A stretch of DNA of 63,931 nucleotides, filler included, from Octopus bimaculoides (GCF_001194135.2; 6 parts of 5 records of this genome joined end to end with filler, not necessarily neighbours in it), one strand, 5' to 3'; shown: positions 1-14,344, numbered from the whole stretch's first letter. Numbers and translations are program-made. Notes: a model not told the origin generated them from the letters alone.

Positions 1-137
1 AAGCAAATATGTGGTATTAAGCAGAATATTTGCTGTAGCCCATCTTTTTATACCAAGACAAATCAATGTACATGATAACACTTCCAATCAGTTAAGATCA
101 GAAGCCACGAGAGCCAATGCCTGGTACTGCATCCGGG

Positions 138-138
<1 letters not shown>
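1..138 (-). mobile_element. End of the ~560-bp AAT-flanked non-coding interspersed element
   Basis: Near-identical to about 37140-37277 and 23280-23416; abuts (ATT)n. Confidence 0.8.
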
Positions 139-209
<71 letters not shown>

Positions 210-210
<1 letters not shown>

Positions 211-452
211 TTAACTTCGCAGAGCGCTCGGTCTTGTTTGCTCAGGTAGATTCTGTGAGAGCGGACAGTAGTCTGCTGGCAGAGGTCTCACAAGGTCTCT
301 TTCGGCACACCATAAGCCTTGATACTTGGTTGTTAATTATCGTGGGAGGCATTCAACATCCAAGTACCAATCTCAAAATCCTAGCTCTCCTCAACAGAGC
401 AGTTTTGGGGGCTTGCTCTGCTTTCATGTCAATTCTGCTCTCTTTGACATAT
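210..452 (-). mobile_element. 3' end of an R4/Dong-type RLE non-LTR retrotransposon
   Basis: Similar to 37891-38130, the 3' end of the RT-bearing copy. The minus strand reads IRIDMKAEQAPKTALLRRARILRLVLGC*, then a 3'UTR ending in (AAT)n. Confidence 0.75.
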
Positions 453-457
453 TCCTG

Positions 458-580
458 GATCTATGGTTGTGATGTATGTACCTGGTGTACCCTTATCATA
501 CGTGTAATCATGATGGGTATACTGGGCTTTGTATATATTAATCTAGTGTCATTTTGATGGCATGCACTGCTCTCTCACTC
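458..580 (+). mobile_element. 5'-truncated copy of the ~560-bp AAT-flanked element
   Basis: Ends ...gcatgcactgctctctcactc-(AAT)n; reverse complement of about 36722-36845. Confidence 0.75.
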
Positions 581-639
<59 letters not shown>

Positions 640-640
640 T

Positions 641-710
<70 letters not shown>

Positions 711-1108
711 TATTCAGACAAATACATAACAAAAACACCAGGACTTNNNNNNNNNNNNNNNNNNNNNNNNNNNNNNNNNNNNNNNNNNNNNNNNNNNNNN
801 NNNNNNNNNNNNNNNNNNNNNNNNNNNNNNNNNNNNNNNNNNNNNNNNNNNNNNNNNNNNNNNNNNNNNNNNNNNNNNNNNNNNNNNNNNNNNNNNNNNN
901 NNNNNNNNNNNNNNNNNNNNNNNNNNNNNNNNNNNNNNNNNNNNNNNNNNNNNNNNNNNNNNNNNNNNNNNNNNNNNNNNNNNNNNNNNNNNNNNNNNNN
1001 NNNNNNNNNNNNNNNNNNNNNNNNNNNNNNNNNNNNNNNNNNNNNNNNNNNNNNNNNNNNNNNNNNNNNNNNNNNNNNNNNNNNNNNNNNNNAAACAACA
1101 ACAACAAC

Positions 1109-1185
<77 letters not shown>

Positions 1186-1244
1186 TAATAATAATAATAA
1201 TAATAATAACACAATAATAATAATAATAAAACAACAACAACAAC

Positions 1245-1305
<61 letters not shown>
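581..1305. repeat. (AAT)n/(AAC)n microsatellite arrays, with a short Dong-tail fragment (708-746) and a gap
   Basis: Seen directly. 708-746 is identical to the start of 63465-63682. Confidence 0.9.
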
Positions 1306-2029
1306 TTTTAAAAAGAATTAGCATAACTCTTCAGAAAGGTAAACAGTGAAGACGAAGAGCGCGATTCGATTGTAAGATATTCTATTAGTTGAACGATATT
1401 TCAATAGTTCGTCTGTCTTTGTCAAGTTCAAAATAAGAAGTGATAAAAATTCACATTTACAGAAATTTAAACGTAAAGTATGAACGAGATCAACCAGCGT
1501 CCATACGTTGATGGAATGACATCATCAGTTTTTAAGTTAGAATTTTATACCAGGCAAAAAAAGAAAAAGACAGAGAAAAATAGAAAAAAGAAGACGACAG
1601 ATAAAAATGGAAAGAAAAGGAAAGAAGAATATTGAATCAAACAGTTTTGTATGATTTTGATGATATTCTCCTTTCATCTTATTCATTCCTCCAGGGCGTG
1701 ATGTTAATAACCTGCAAACAAATTTCTCCTCATACATTCTGAGAAGTGAAAGTGAAGCAGATTCAGAATATTTTCTGAGAATATGCACTTTCAAATCTTA
1801 GTATATACAAACGCCTTAACAATATATTCGTAGTTGTAAAAGTGCGGGTAAGGTCGACTGTTTGTAATTGCTGTTGGAAAGACTCTTTAGAGAAGGATGC
1901 CCGCCAAAGAGTATCTACTTCACTATCAAAAATGTACGACATTCTACAATGCATCATTGACTGAGATTTCTATCAATTAATGGAGGATACTCTGTTATAC
2001 ATTTACATTACCGAAACTANNNNNNNNNN

Positions 2030-2069
<40 letters not shown>

Positions 2070-3120
2070 ATGCCGTAATCCTTTCTACATTCTCTCTATT
2101 CTCTAACCACACGGTAGCCTGTCCCCGCATTTATTTTTATCGCACAGCCACACACAAACCACAACTCATATAACACGCGCAATACATATATAAACACACT
2201 TCAACGCATGTCTCTATCGAAGCTTTTGTGTCGTTAAATACCCTCCGGACTTCTCAACACTGGACATATACACATTCTGAAAACCTCTTTTGCTCAATTG
2301 CTACGATTGATTAAATAAAATAGGCTATTTAAACCAATCAAACAATTTCAGCAAGTATACGATTTTGTAAGCATGGCAGACTTGTGACAAAATTGCTATT
2401 TCAATTTCAACTGTTAGACAATTTTTTCTCCAATTTATCCTGCTTTCTGCTTTAAGTGTTATTTCCCAATTTACATCTGATTAATTTAAATATCTTTATT
2501 ACTATCTAATGATCTTCAGCGTGATCTTATTACGAAAAAGGAAACATTTGTTTCCCGTGTGGGTTTTGTTGTAATCAAATAACATTGTGAAGTTCGAATT
2601 TATTACGTTTATTTCTACTTCGACCAATCATTGTTTGTTTGTACCAGAGTTTTTATTCTACATTCATCTCCCTTTCTCCTTACAAACCTCTTTGTATTTC
2701 TTCACAAACGCTTTGCTTTATTTATCTATTTGTTTATTTATATGCTTTATCATTCTTTTCTTAGTTGATTTATTTATTAAATTTACATTCAGTCTAAACT
2801 TTCTCGATGATACTTTCATATTATTAAGCTGCTTAATATGAGTTTCCAGTGCTTTGGGACGATTGTGTATTTCCATTACTCTAAATCTTTTGCTATATAC
2901 ATTCATTGCTTAACACATACACACACACACACATTGGCGCATGCCTCAGCACACAGTCGTTCCTCTCACATTTGACACTAAAATTTATGTCTTCAATTTA
3001 TCGTATCTGAGGGTATGAATCATATATAATTTAGGGGCAAGAGGTGTTGCATATTGCCTACTAAGCTGTATATGCGCTATAATGCCTCAGCCGATTTAGA
3101 CCTTTGGGCACAATCAACGG

Positions 3121-3155
<35 letters not shown>

Positions 3156-4959
3156 TTATATACCGTCAGATTTACAGTGCTGCAAATTGGGTCACAGTAT
3201 TGTTATGTGCATATATATTCTTTTACCTTCTGTGTTTTCTTATATATGTATTCCTTTTATATGTTGAAGGTCATGGTAATATTTATATATGATCAAATGT
3301 ATGGAAGCGTAGAGTCGTTGAATCGAACTTGATATTTGTTCTCTAATCATTTTTTTTATCTCTGTCTTAATTTCATTTGAGCACTTTCTTTCTTTTGCAG
3401 TCCTATAAATCCTTTTGTCTCCATAAAAAGAGACAAAATTTATTTCTTGTCGTGTATATATATATATATATATNNNNNNNNNNNNNNNNNNNNNNNNNNN
3501 NNNNNNNNNNNNNNNNNNNNNNNNNNNNNNNNNNNNNNNNNNNNNNNNNNNNNNNNNNNNNNNNNNNNNNNNNNNNNNNNNNNNNNNNNNNNNNNNNNNN
3601 NNNNNNNNNNNNNNNNNNNNNNNNNNNNNNNNNNNNNNNNNNNNNNNNNNNNNNNNNNNNNNNNNNNNNNNNNNNNNNNNNNNNNNNNNNNNNNNNNNNN
3701 NNNNNNNNNNNNNNNNNNNNNNNNNNNNNNNNNNNNNNNNNNNNNNNNNNNNNNNNNNNNNNNNNNNNNNNNNNNNNNNNNNNNNNNNNNNNNNNNNNNN
3801 NNNNNNNNNNNNNNNNNNNNNNNNNNNNNNNNNNNNNNNNNNNNNNNNNNNNNNNNNNNNNNNNNNNNNNNNNNNNNNNNNNNNNNNNNNNNNNNNNNNN
3901 NNNNNNNNNNNNNNNNNNNNNNNNNNNNNNNNNNNNNNNNNNNNNNNNNNNNNNNNNNNNNNNNNNNNNNNNNNNNNNNNNNNNNNNNNNNNNNNNNNNN
4001 NNNNNNNNNNNNNNNNNNNNNNNNNNNNNNNNNNNNNNNNNNNNNNNNNNNNNNNNNNNNNNNNNNNNNNNNNNNNNNNNNNNNNNNNNNNNNNNNNNNN
4101 NNNNNNNNNNNNNNNNNNNNNNNNNNTATATATATATATACACACGTTCTCGACAGCTTTACAGTGCTGCAAATGGGTGACACAGTGAACTATATCAACA
4201 ATTACTTCTTTATAAGAACTAAGGGTTTTGCATTCAACTTTTATATTTCACATTCAAATCTCTCCACTCCGGTTACAATGTTGTACCAATATCAAGGTAC
4301 AACCCCTCCCCACCGCCTATAGAGATTTTACGTTGTCCTATGCAGATCGACCACCCACATATTACATCTGCTACATATAGAGCCGTAAATCAGTTTAATT
4401 GTAAATGAAATGCAGAGTTATTTCATTCAAGCTCAGAGTAAGTGGTCTACAATGGACTAACAATGCGGAATAAAAACGAGATTTTGAAGTACTGTCAGTA
4501 AAAAATTGGTTTGAAATTTATGTGCTGGCATATGCTGTAAAATTTACATATATATACTTACCGACACATGTGTAACCCCATAAGAAAAAGCGCATTTAAA
4601 CGCTTTTTATATTAAAAATCTTAGCAGCTGTTCTGATACGTGATAGCGTAAAATTTCATATACTTAAATACATGCAACCCGAATTCATGCAGATTTATAC
4701 ATATAGCCACAAATGAGCTTGCATATCTGCCACTAACTAAAGTCAATATGGCTATAAATTCAGAGATATTTACCTAATATATATTTATACTCATACAGTT
4801 GTGTTTATAATCGCACACATATATTATATATATACGCATCCAAACTTTAAGTTATCAGACAGATGGAAGCCCTCATAAATGATTATAAAGAGTCTTATTA
4901 GATCTCATCAGATGCTCTGGATATAACAAAGCGTTTTAATATATTAGTTTCAAATATTG

Positions 4960-5850
4960 GCACAACACCAGAAATTTTGGAAGAAGGTGCTAGCTGATTA
5001 CGTCGTCTTCAGTGTTCAATTGGTACTTTTTTTATTGACCTCCGAAGGGATGAAAAGCAAAGTTGATCTCTGCGGAATTTGAACCCAGAACGTCAAGAGT
5101 GACAAAATGTGACTCATCATTTCGCCCGGCGTGCTAACGATTCTGCCATTTCGCCGCCGTTTAACGCATGTCAATATATTAACGTATAAAAGTGAATACA
5201 TTACGTAGTCATCCTGAACGCACAAATTTACACGCGCTCATAAATCTCTCTCTCTCTCTCTCACACACACAAGGTGTGGTTGAGTGGTAAGAAGCTTGCT
5301 GCCCAACCACATGGTTCCGGGTTCAGTCTCACTGTTTAGCACCTTGGGCAAGTGTCTTCTACTATAGAAAGGATTATAATGATAATGATAATAACAACGA
5401 TCTGGCAGAACCGTTAGCACGCGGGTCAAAATGCTTAGTAGTATTTCTTCTGGCTATACGTTCTGAGTTCAAATTCCGCCGAGGCCGACTTTGTCTTTCA
5501 TATTTTCTGGGTCGATTAAATACGTACCAGTTGAGTACTGGGGGTCGATGTTATCGACTATCGTGCTCCCCCAAATTTCAGCCCTTGAGCCTATAGTAGA
5601 AAGGATTATCATTAATATGATAATGATAATAATATCGACAAGGGGGCAGAAACGTTAGCACGCCGGGCGAAATGCTTTGCAGTATTTCGTCTGTCTTCAT
5701 GTTCTGAGTTCAAATTCCGCCGAGGTCGACTTTGCCTTTCATCCTTTCGGGGTCGATATTTTAACTACTAGTTGAATACTAAGTCGATCTAATCAACTAT
5801 CCCCCTCCTCCAAATTTCAGGCCTTGTACCTATAATAGAAAGGATTATTT
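4960..5850. mobile_element. Cluster of tRNA-derived SINEs: Meta/MESC-domain-like copies (about 4960-5160 minus, 5400-5615 plus, 5640-5850 plus) and the head of a second family (5270-5370)
   Basis: B-box-like gagttcaaattcc and central gtcgactttgcctttcatcctttcggggtcgat...gtaccag; repeated many times in the window. Confidence 0.8.
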
Positions 5851-5867
5851 TTATAATAATAATAATA

Positions 5868-5900
<33 letters not shown>

Positions 5901-6102
5901 GTTCAGTAGTCTTATTTTTATAACGTGCTTTCACTTCACTACCGAGCGCAGCTCTGTCCGCCTTGGGTATGTGCTGTGGTTTGCTGTGGTGCTCTTATGG
6001 TTACTGTATTGAAAGTGTTTTTCGTAGGATGTGTGCAGTGCCCGGTAGTGCAATTTTCTGTATGTTATATATATTTGTAAGTCATGGTGTTTTTGTTATG
6101 TC
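5901..6102 (-). mobile_element. Short R4/Dong-type 3'-tail element (family B)
   Basis: Reverse complement of about 63480-63682; encodes ...IQKIALLGTAHILRKTLSIQ* and abuts (TTA)n. Confidence 0.8.
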
Positions 6103-6328
6103 TTACACCTCAAAAAAAAAAAAAATAATAAATAAATAACCAATGTTCTCCTCTTCTAAGTAAAACAATAAAACACCTGATTTATATAAACGAACAAACT
6201 GCACGTTCACAATTTTATTTGACAAGTAAATAAAAAAAATCTTTTTCCCAAATTTTGACGACCTCCTCTTTTCTCAACATTCGATATCTGAACACCACTT
6301 CTAAAATTCTATATACATACATACACAC

Positions 6329-6359
<31 letters not shown>

Positions 6360-7081
6360 ACTGTATCTTGGCTAACACAATGTTCCTGAAATGCCTAATC
6401 TGTATTGCTGTAATATTCAAATGTTTTGGTCAGTTGATCTTATCAGCGTCAACATCCCTTACCACTGTTCTAAGATTTTAAAACATTTCTAGCGGAGTTC
6501 TTGATCGTGTAATTACTAGCATGTTTTTGTCAACGCTTTACATCACGTCTGTACGAGGAAGCCGAAATACTATTTGATATATACAACAATCTGTACAGAC
6601 AATGTTCCGTAGATTATAGTGTAGTTTTCATAATTGGCTTTATTACAGTATTACTTTATATACCATTACTCCAGCTATTGAACATTTGTAGTCTTGATAA
6701 GTAAAATATATTTTGCTAAAGACTAAACAAAGTATGTTTGTTACGTTTATGAATTTGCTTTGTAAAACCAGATTCACTACAAATTACTAATTGTCTTCAA
6801 TGTACGACGGTGATCATTTTAGAGAACTGGAAATTTCTGGGTTATTGTATTACATATGACAGACACCGCGATATTTGTATTCATAATTCAAACTGGTCTC
6901 TCGAGGTATTTCTCCGTATGTGAATACATATGCGCGTTCATGTGCATTTCATATGTACATATAATGCCTAATATATAATATACACGATTATGAACTAACT
7001 ATAAACTAATCGAATAAACTCCTATTTTCTTACCTCAGTTTTCTTATGCATACATACATAAATACATACATATATATATAC

Positions 7082-7140
<59 letters not shown>

Positions 7141-8607
7141 CACGTGAACACACACGCACGCACACATGCGTGCATATATGTAACCTGTTTGTGTTTAATA
7201 TAACGGTACACAAACCACACATTCAACCATAGACATAGGTATTTTCAGGCATATGAATCGTGATTAGGTGACATATCGAACATGCCCGATAACATATTTG
7301 AGGAAGAAAAGCATGGAAGAGTTGAAAACAATAAATATATAAGGATAATAGCAATAAGAATTATATGTCACTATTCGGTAACTTTGCTGAGTTGTGGTAT
7401 GGTATTACATATATACATATAAATATATATATATGTATATATACGTACGTATTTATGTGTATGCATACGTACAAAGATACACACATACATACATACATAC
7501 ATACATACACACGCACAAGCACACACGCACACAAACGCACATATGTATTCATATACACTGCATTTGCGTATTATGGATTTATTCCCAACAGTTACACAGT
7601 AAACAGATGTCTATAAAATTCTACATGCACCACAACATAATATGCACCTATATTTGTTTCTATTTTACAGGGTTCGGTTAAGTTGTTTGTCACATATAAA
7701 ATGAATATATTTCCTCCATTATGTTTTATTGTTTCGTTACCTTTACCTCCATTTTTCTTCCCCAACCCGCAGCCATTTTATATTATCTTGACATTTTAGA
7801 ATATCGCCTCAATAGAAATTTCTCAATATTTTTCATATTTTGTTCATATTTAATCTTTAATTTTTTTTATTGTTTACTCTCTATTACTACTGCTTTCTAT
7901 TCTACTATTTCTTTCACACCTCTCTTCACCTCTCTTCTCCTATTCATTCATAAGTTTCCTTCCTCTATAAGTTTCCTTTCTCTCTTCTCTTATTCCGTTC
8001 ATTATTTCCACACGATCTTCTCATTCTTATTCTTTTTCTTTCTCGCTTTCTTCTCTATTATTATTTTTTCTAAAGCATTTCCTCTCAATTATATTATTTC
8101 CCTTTTGTTTCTATATTTTTTATTCTTCTAAACCTTCTTCATTTTATTTTTATCTTTCATTTATATATTCGCTTTCTTATTATATTCTCCCGTATGTTTG
8201 TATTGAAAGAATCGGGATAAAGCGATAAATAAATAAATAAATAAATAAATATACAATAGTGCCTGAATTTTGCTGATTTTTCCATGAAAACAGACAGCAC
8301 CACACATCCACATAAAACGAAACAATATATTTTCGCTTTCTCTGCTTTTCTCTCCCACATTTACTCAATACGCAATCGTGTGTTNNNNNNNNNNNNNNNN
8401 NNNNNNNNNNNNNNNNNNNNNNNNNNNNNNNNNNNNNNNNNNNNNNNNNNNNNNNNNNNNNNNNNNNNNNNNNNNNNNNNNNNNNNNNNNNNNNNNNNNN
8501 NNNNNNNNNNNNNNNNNNNNNNNNNNNNNNNNNNNNNNNNNNNNNNNNNNNNNNNNNNNNNNNNNNNNNNNNNNNNNNNNNNNNNNNNNNNNNNNNNNNN
8601 NNNNNNN

Positions 8608-8645
<38 letters not shown>

Positions 8646-8777
8646 TACACACAAACATATACATATATGTGTGTGCGTATATATTGATACATATACTTAT
8701 ATATACATATATATACATATATACATACACACACACGCACATACATACATACATATATATGTATATATGTTTGTGTG

Positions 8778-8816
<39 letters not shown>

Positions 8817-9414
8817 CTATGTATACGTTACATTTGCTCCAAAGGAATAGAGTCTTCATTTTCTTTCACCTTTTCTCTATTCCTTCTATCTTTCGTTGAT
8901 TTCTTTGTTTCTTTAAATGCCAATTACCAATGATAACAATGAGTGAATACGAAATAAGATAATCATAACATAAAACAAACAGAAACATCCAGATAATAAC
9001 TGCAAAAACAATCCTGGAACAAGAGCAATATCAATAGTAACGAGGAAGGAGTATATTGTGATTATAATAATAACGTTAATAATTTGAGCAAGCGAATCTT
9101 GGTGAAGAGCAAACATCAACAACTTCAGCTGCCACAATGTATATTATATTGAATTAATTGTAAACATTAAAGCTAAATATATTGCATGTTGAAGATGAGG
9201 TAACGTTTCTCACAGTTGTATTACTATAGTACTCGAGAGGAGCATATTTTTCCGACCTCGGAGAGATGAATTGTTATGTGAATTTCAACTGGATTTGAAC
9301 TGAGAGGGTAAATAATCCTCAGTTGATGTCATTATAACTTCATTTGACACGTCTCTAATTCTGCTACGTCCTGCACTGACAACACTTAAAAGTAAAAATG
9401 GCAACAACGATGCC

Positions 9415-9493
<79 letters not shown>

Positions 9494-9680
9494 TTATTCC
9501 CAGGTGCCCTGGGAATGACAGCGAAACGGGCTGATTACTACCTAGCTCAGATACCAGGAAACCCCAAAATGGCTGAAGTTCAAAAGATAGTGCTCATGGG
9601 AACTGCCCATATCCTACGTAAAATATTGTCTATGTGATCTCAAATTTTAAAGCAAACACATAATTTTCTTATGGTTTCTN
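9494..9680 (+). mobile_element. R4/Dong-type 3'-end fragment (family C) within an AAT array
   Basis: PGALGMTAKRADYYLAQIPGNPKMAEVQKIVLMGTAHILRKILSM*, the typical RLE C-terminus; (AAT)n on both sides. Confidence 0.75.
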
Positions 9681-9807
9681 NNNNNNNNNNNNNNNNNNNN
9701 NNNNNNNNNNNNNNNNNNNNNNNNNNNNNNNNNNNNNNNNNNNNNNNNNNNNNNNNNNNNNNNNNNNNNNNNNNNNNNNNNNNNNNNNNNNNNNNNNNNN
9801 NNNNNNN

Positions 9808-9945
<138 letters not shown>

Positions 9946-10198
9946 AAGAAGAAGAAGAAGAAGAAGAATGGCTTCGATACGTAGTGATTCACATAAACCC
10001 CTAAGCAGAGTTTGCTGTAATTTTCAGTGATCCATAACCTTAAGACAGGAGCGAACACAAGGATTCTTGTAATGGTTAAGAAAGACAAAACATCGGCATC
10101 AACGTTAGCATTTTTGCGCATTAAGCATTGATACATATTGAAAATGTGTTCTACTAAAGAATATTACGCGATAATTCAATATGAAATTGCTTTATATA

Positions 10199-10993
10199 TT
10201 GGGTCATCCCATATATAATGAGTTTTTTTTTTCAATTGCATGTCCTAAAAGTTGGATAAGGACGGGATGAACTATTTGCATCAACTTGCGAAGTGCAGTT
10301 CGATTTTAACAGTTATATTTTGTAAGTTATAATGGAAGTGACAAAGGAGCATATTCGGCATAGTTTGCTTTATGAGTTCAATAAAGGCAACAACGCAGCG
10401 TAAAGTGCGAGGAATATTAATGCAGTATACGGAGATCGGACAATAGGCGTGAGCCATTGTCAACGGTAGTTTCAGAGATTCCGATCCGGAAACTACAGCC
10501 TAGAAAACGAGCGTCGTCCTGGAAGATCTGTAGAGCTTGACGAGGGTGACCTCCAAATCCTGGTGGAACAAATCCCATCATAAGTGTTGAGGAACGAACA
10601 GAGAAGCTTGTATATGGACACTCAACCATTCACATACACCTGTGCCTGAAGAAAAAACGACCATCTTTGGTTTCAAGGTGAAAGGCGTTCTTCCATCAGG
10701 ATAATGCTCGGCCACATACAGCGATGATGACATTCCAAAGGCTGGAGCAGTTTGACTAGGAAATGATGCCCCATCCACCATATTCGCCGGACATTACTCT
10801 ATCTGATTATCATTTATTTCGCAGTCTTCAGAATCATTTGGACGGATAAAATATGAACTCTGTAGACGAAATCAGAACAGTACTGGAAGGGTATTTTTTG
10901 TCACGGACAAGTGAATTTCAGAAGAGGTGTGGGGGGTGGGGGGTTACAAGTCTACCAGACAGATGGAAAAGCATTGTAGAAAATAAAGGAGAG
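10199..10993 (+). mobile_element. Degenerate, internally deleted mariner transposon
   Basis: TA followed by the terminus ttgggtcatccc. From ATG 10332: MEVTKEHIRHSLLYEFNKGNNAA*SARNINAVYG...FQRFRSGNYSLENERRPGR (HTH), then HQDNARPH...HPPYSPDITLSDYHLFRSLQNHL...RWKSIVENKGE. Several stop codons; runs into a gap. Confidence 0.9.
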
Positions 10994-11037
10994 NNNNNNN
11001 NNNNNNNNNNNNNNNNNNNNNNNNNNNNNNNNNNNNN

Positions 11038-11049
11038 TTAATTAATTAA
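11038..11049. other. Artificial scaffold-join spacer TTAATTAATTAA (also at 33954-33965, 43200-43211, 56454-56465 and 61405-61416)
   Basis: An identical 12-mer embedded in similar-length N runs five times. Confidence 0.9.
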
Positions 11050-11126
11050 NNNNNNNNNNNNNNNNNNNNNNNNNNNNNNNNNNNNNNNNNNNNTACACAC
11101 ACATATATATATATATATATATACAC

Positions 11127-11158
<32 letters not shown>

Positions 11159-11159
11159 C

Positions 11160-11945
11160 TTCTTCATCATCATCATCGTCGTTTAACGTCCGCTTTCCAT
11201 GCTAGCATGGGTTGGACGATTTGACTGAGGACTGGTGGAACCCGAAGGCTACACCAGGCTCCAATCTGATTTGGCAGAGTTTCTACGGCTGGATGCCCTT
11301 CCTAATGCCAACCACTCCGAGAGTGTAGTGGGTGCTTTTATGTGCCACCGGCACGAAATCCAGTCAGGCGATACTGGCAACGGCCACGCTCAAAATGGTG
11401 TATTTGATGTGTCACCCACATAAGAGCCAGTCCAGGGGAACTGGCAACGATCTCGCTCGAAAGTCCTTACACATGCTGCGGGCACAAGTGCCAGAAAGGC
11501 GACGCTGGGCAATGTCTGTTTTCCATGTTAGCATGGGTTGGACAGTTTGATAGAAGATGGCAAACCAGAGAGCAGTCCAGGCTCTAATGTCCGTTATGGC
11601 TCGGTTTCTATGGCTGGATGCTCTTCCTAACACCAACCATTTTACGGAGTGCGCTGAGTGCTTTCTACATGCCACTGGCACAGCTAAGTTACCTTGTGCC
11701 TTGCTGTAATCAAGGAGACCCGTCCTCCACAGCAGAAGTATTTCAGCCCCACTCCACCCTGGTGAAGAGGATTGGCCTGTGCCACATAAAAGCACCCGGA
11801 ACACTCTGTAAAGTGGTTGGCATTAGGAAGGTCATCCAGCAATAGAAACCGTACCCGCTTAGACTGGAGTCTGGAGCAGCTCCCCAGCTTGCCAGCTCTG
11901 GTCAAACCATCCAACTCCCATGAAAGCAGAAGTCAAATGATGATG
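11160..11945. mobile_element. Three copies of the SINE-like family with an (ATG)n tail and a ccatgctagcatgg terminal palindrome
   Basis: Shared tggttggcgttaggaagggcatccagc core. Further copies at about 12700-12870, 14155-14340, 15960-16220, 16600-16820, 20395-20768, 23800-24300, 27040-27230, 27540-27640 and 33635-33910. Confidence 0.8.
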
Positions 11946-11989
<44 letters not shown>

Positions 11990-11992
<3 letters not shown>

Positions 11993-12208
11993 GGCATGTG
12001 GCTTAGTGGATAGGGCATTCCACTCATGATCATAAGGCCGTGAGTTCAATTCCCGGCAACACGTTCTGTCCTTGAGCAAGACACTTTATTTCACGTTGCT
12101 CCAGTCCACTCAGCTGAACTGAGTCATACCTGTATTTCAAAGGGCCAGCCTTGTCACACTCTGTGTGACAAGGCTGAATCTTCCTATGAACTACATTAAG
12201 GGTACACG
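11990..12208 (+). mobile_element. tRNA-head SINE with a CORE-like domain
   Basis: A box tggcttagtgg, B box gagttcaattcc, then ccttgagcaagacactttatttcacgttgctccagtccactcagctg. Related copies at about 16300-16550, 19740-19880, 24310-24600 and 46740-47050. Confidence 0.75.
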
Positions 12209-14344
12209 NNNNNNNNNNNNNNNNNNNNNNNNNNNNNNNNNNNNNNNNNNNNNNNNNNNNNNNNNNNNNNNNNNNNNNNNNNNNNNNNNNNNNNNNNNNN
12301 NNNNNNNNNNNNNNNNNNNNNNNNNNNNNNNNNNNNNNNNNNNNNNNNNNNNNNNNNNNNNNNNNNNNNNNNNNNNNNNNNNNNNNNNNNNNNNNNNNNN
12401 NNNNNNNNNNNNNNNNNNNNNNNNNNNNNNNNNNNNNNNNNNNNNNNNNNNNNNNNNNNNNNNNNNNNNNNNNNNNNNNNNNNNNNNNNTATATATATAC
12501 ATATATATATCATATATATATATATATACATATATATATGTGCTATATATATCATATATATATATATATACATGTATATATATGTGATATATATCATATA
12601 TATATGATTGGCTTCTTTTCTAATGTGTGTGTGTGTTACTATCTTGTTGCCTCTCCATTGCATGATACTTGTGAGTGAATGTTACCCTCATGCCAGTAGA
12701 CTCCTTTGTTTCTTATCTTCCAAGACATGTCTAGTAAAGGACCAAAGACTTGGAAACAGGTGAGGATTAAAAACAGGAAGAGCATCTGGCTTTAGAAACT
12801 CTGCCGTAACAAATACTGTCTGACCCATACAAGCATGGGAAAGTGGACATAAAATTGATGATGATGACAACGGTGACAATTTCCAATTTTTAAAGACTGC
12901 ATCGCATTTTATATGCTTGTTTCTGTTTTAATGAACCATAAAGTAACGTAAAACCATCCCATACGAAAATTTAGAATCTGTTACTAAATACACAAATGCA
13001 TACACAAACACACGTACACTCTGCAATTGCTGCTACACACAAGTGGCTCTCTGCTCACGGTTACAACAAAGGCTGTACGAAGTATAATTAAGTACTTGTA
13101 TCTGTTTACAAGACACACAATGCAACATAAGGCCATCCCACACACATTTATGTTCTAAGCGCTTCCACACTCTCCTCCCTCTCTTTCTAACACACATATA
13201 CAAATACACATTTGCATTTTGCGACTGGTGCTATGCAAGCAGTTCTCCGCTCACCATTTTACCAATGGCTGTTCAAAGCAGAAATTCAAGTACTTTTAAT
13301 GAATTCTTTCAGCAGAGATAATATCTATTAACATAGATATAAAATGTCAGCCTGTAGATGGTTTTGCAGGATCGGGTTTTCCTTCAAAATCAGATAATGC
13401 AGCAAGTGTAATATGCAGTTATCTACACTAATTAAATATGCTCTGATAAAATAGTTTTAATTTGAAGTGATTATATGAGCGTTATCAGTGATATAGATGC
13501 ACCTATCATCTGTTACCAAATTAATGAGGATAATAATATACATACAATCATACATGTGCGAGTGTTTGTGTATAGAAGTAAGCATGTGTGTGAACATGAG
13601 TGTGTGTGTTAGAAAGCGAGCGAGAGAGAGCAAAAGAGAGAGTGTGAGTGAACATGTGTAAGTGTTCATGTGTGATGTGTATGGAGATGAAAGGGGTTGT
13701 GAGTGCGTGTGCACCAGTGTGTGTATGTATGTGTGTGTTAGAAAGCGAGCGAGAGAGAGGTGTGTGTGTGTAAATATTTCAGCTGTTCACAAAGCCAGGC
13801 AACTAAAACCACTTCTTTACCGAATGTTGTCTAATTATTTTATCAATTGGAATCTCACTACACATACCTGTTGTCATTGCTCTTTTTAGTGGCAGTGGTT
13901 GTGGTGGTGGTGGCGACGGTGGTGGGGTTGGCATTAATAGTAGTGGTGACATTGTTTAGTCCCAAAACAGCCCTGACTGAGTGTAAACCTGTTATCAAAA
14001 GCATTCCGGCTCTGACCACCCCTCCCATGTTTCCTTTCTCTACAAGCCTAGTGCACCCCATTTTACATAATTGCAATATGTCCTTCATTTTTTTAAGCCA
14101 GTAAGATTTGTTTGAGGGAGATTTAGCTTCTACTTCTAACAGGCAAATCATAATCATCATCATCAAACGTCTGTTTTCCATGCTGGCATGGGTTGGATGG
14201 TTTGACTGGAGCTGGCAAGGCCAGGGGTTGCACCAGGCCCCATTACCTGTTTTCACATGGTTTCTATGATCGGATGCCCTTCCTAATGCCAACCACTCCA
14301 TAGAGTGTACTGGGTGCTTTTTATGTGGCACCATCATTGGTATC

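Noticed and set aside
2718-2906. Minus-strand peptide VMEIHNRPKALETHIKQL resembling the MGAT2 VQVHNRPEYL strand
   Set aside because: Wrong strand relative to the MGAT2 exons, no polypyrimidine tract and a weak donor. It is probably chance, although a mis-oriented contig cannot be fully excluded.
8913-9137. Hydrophobic 74-aa minus-strand ORF
   Set aside because: T-rich sequence gives hydrophobic peptides by chance; no motif recognised.
13250-13262. AAAATG|GTGAG on the minus strand, like an ATG-only first exon
   Set aside because: No matching downstream exon found; the signal is too short to support a call.
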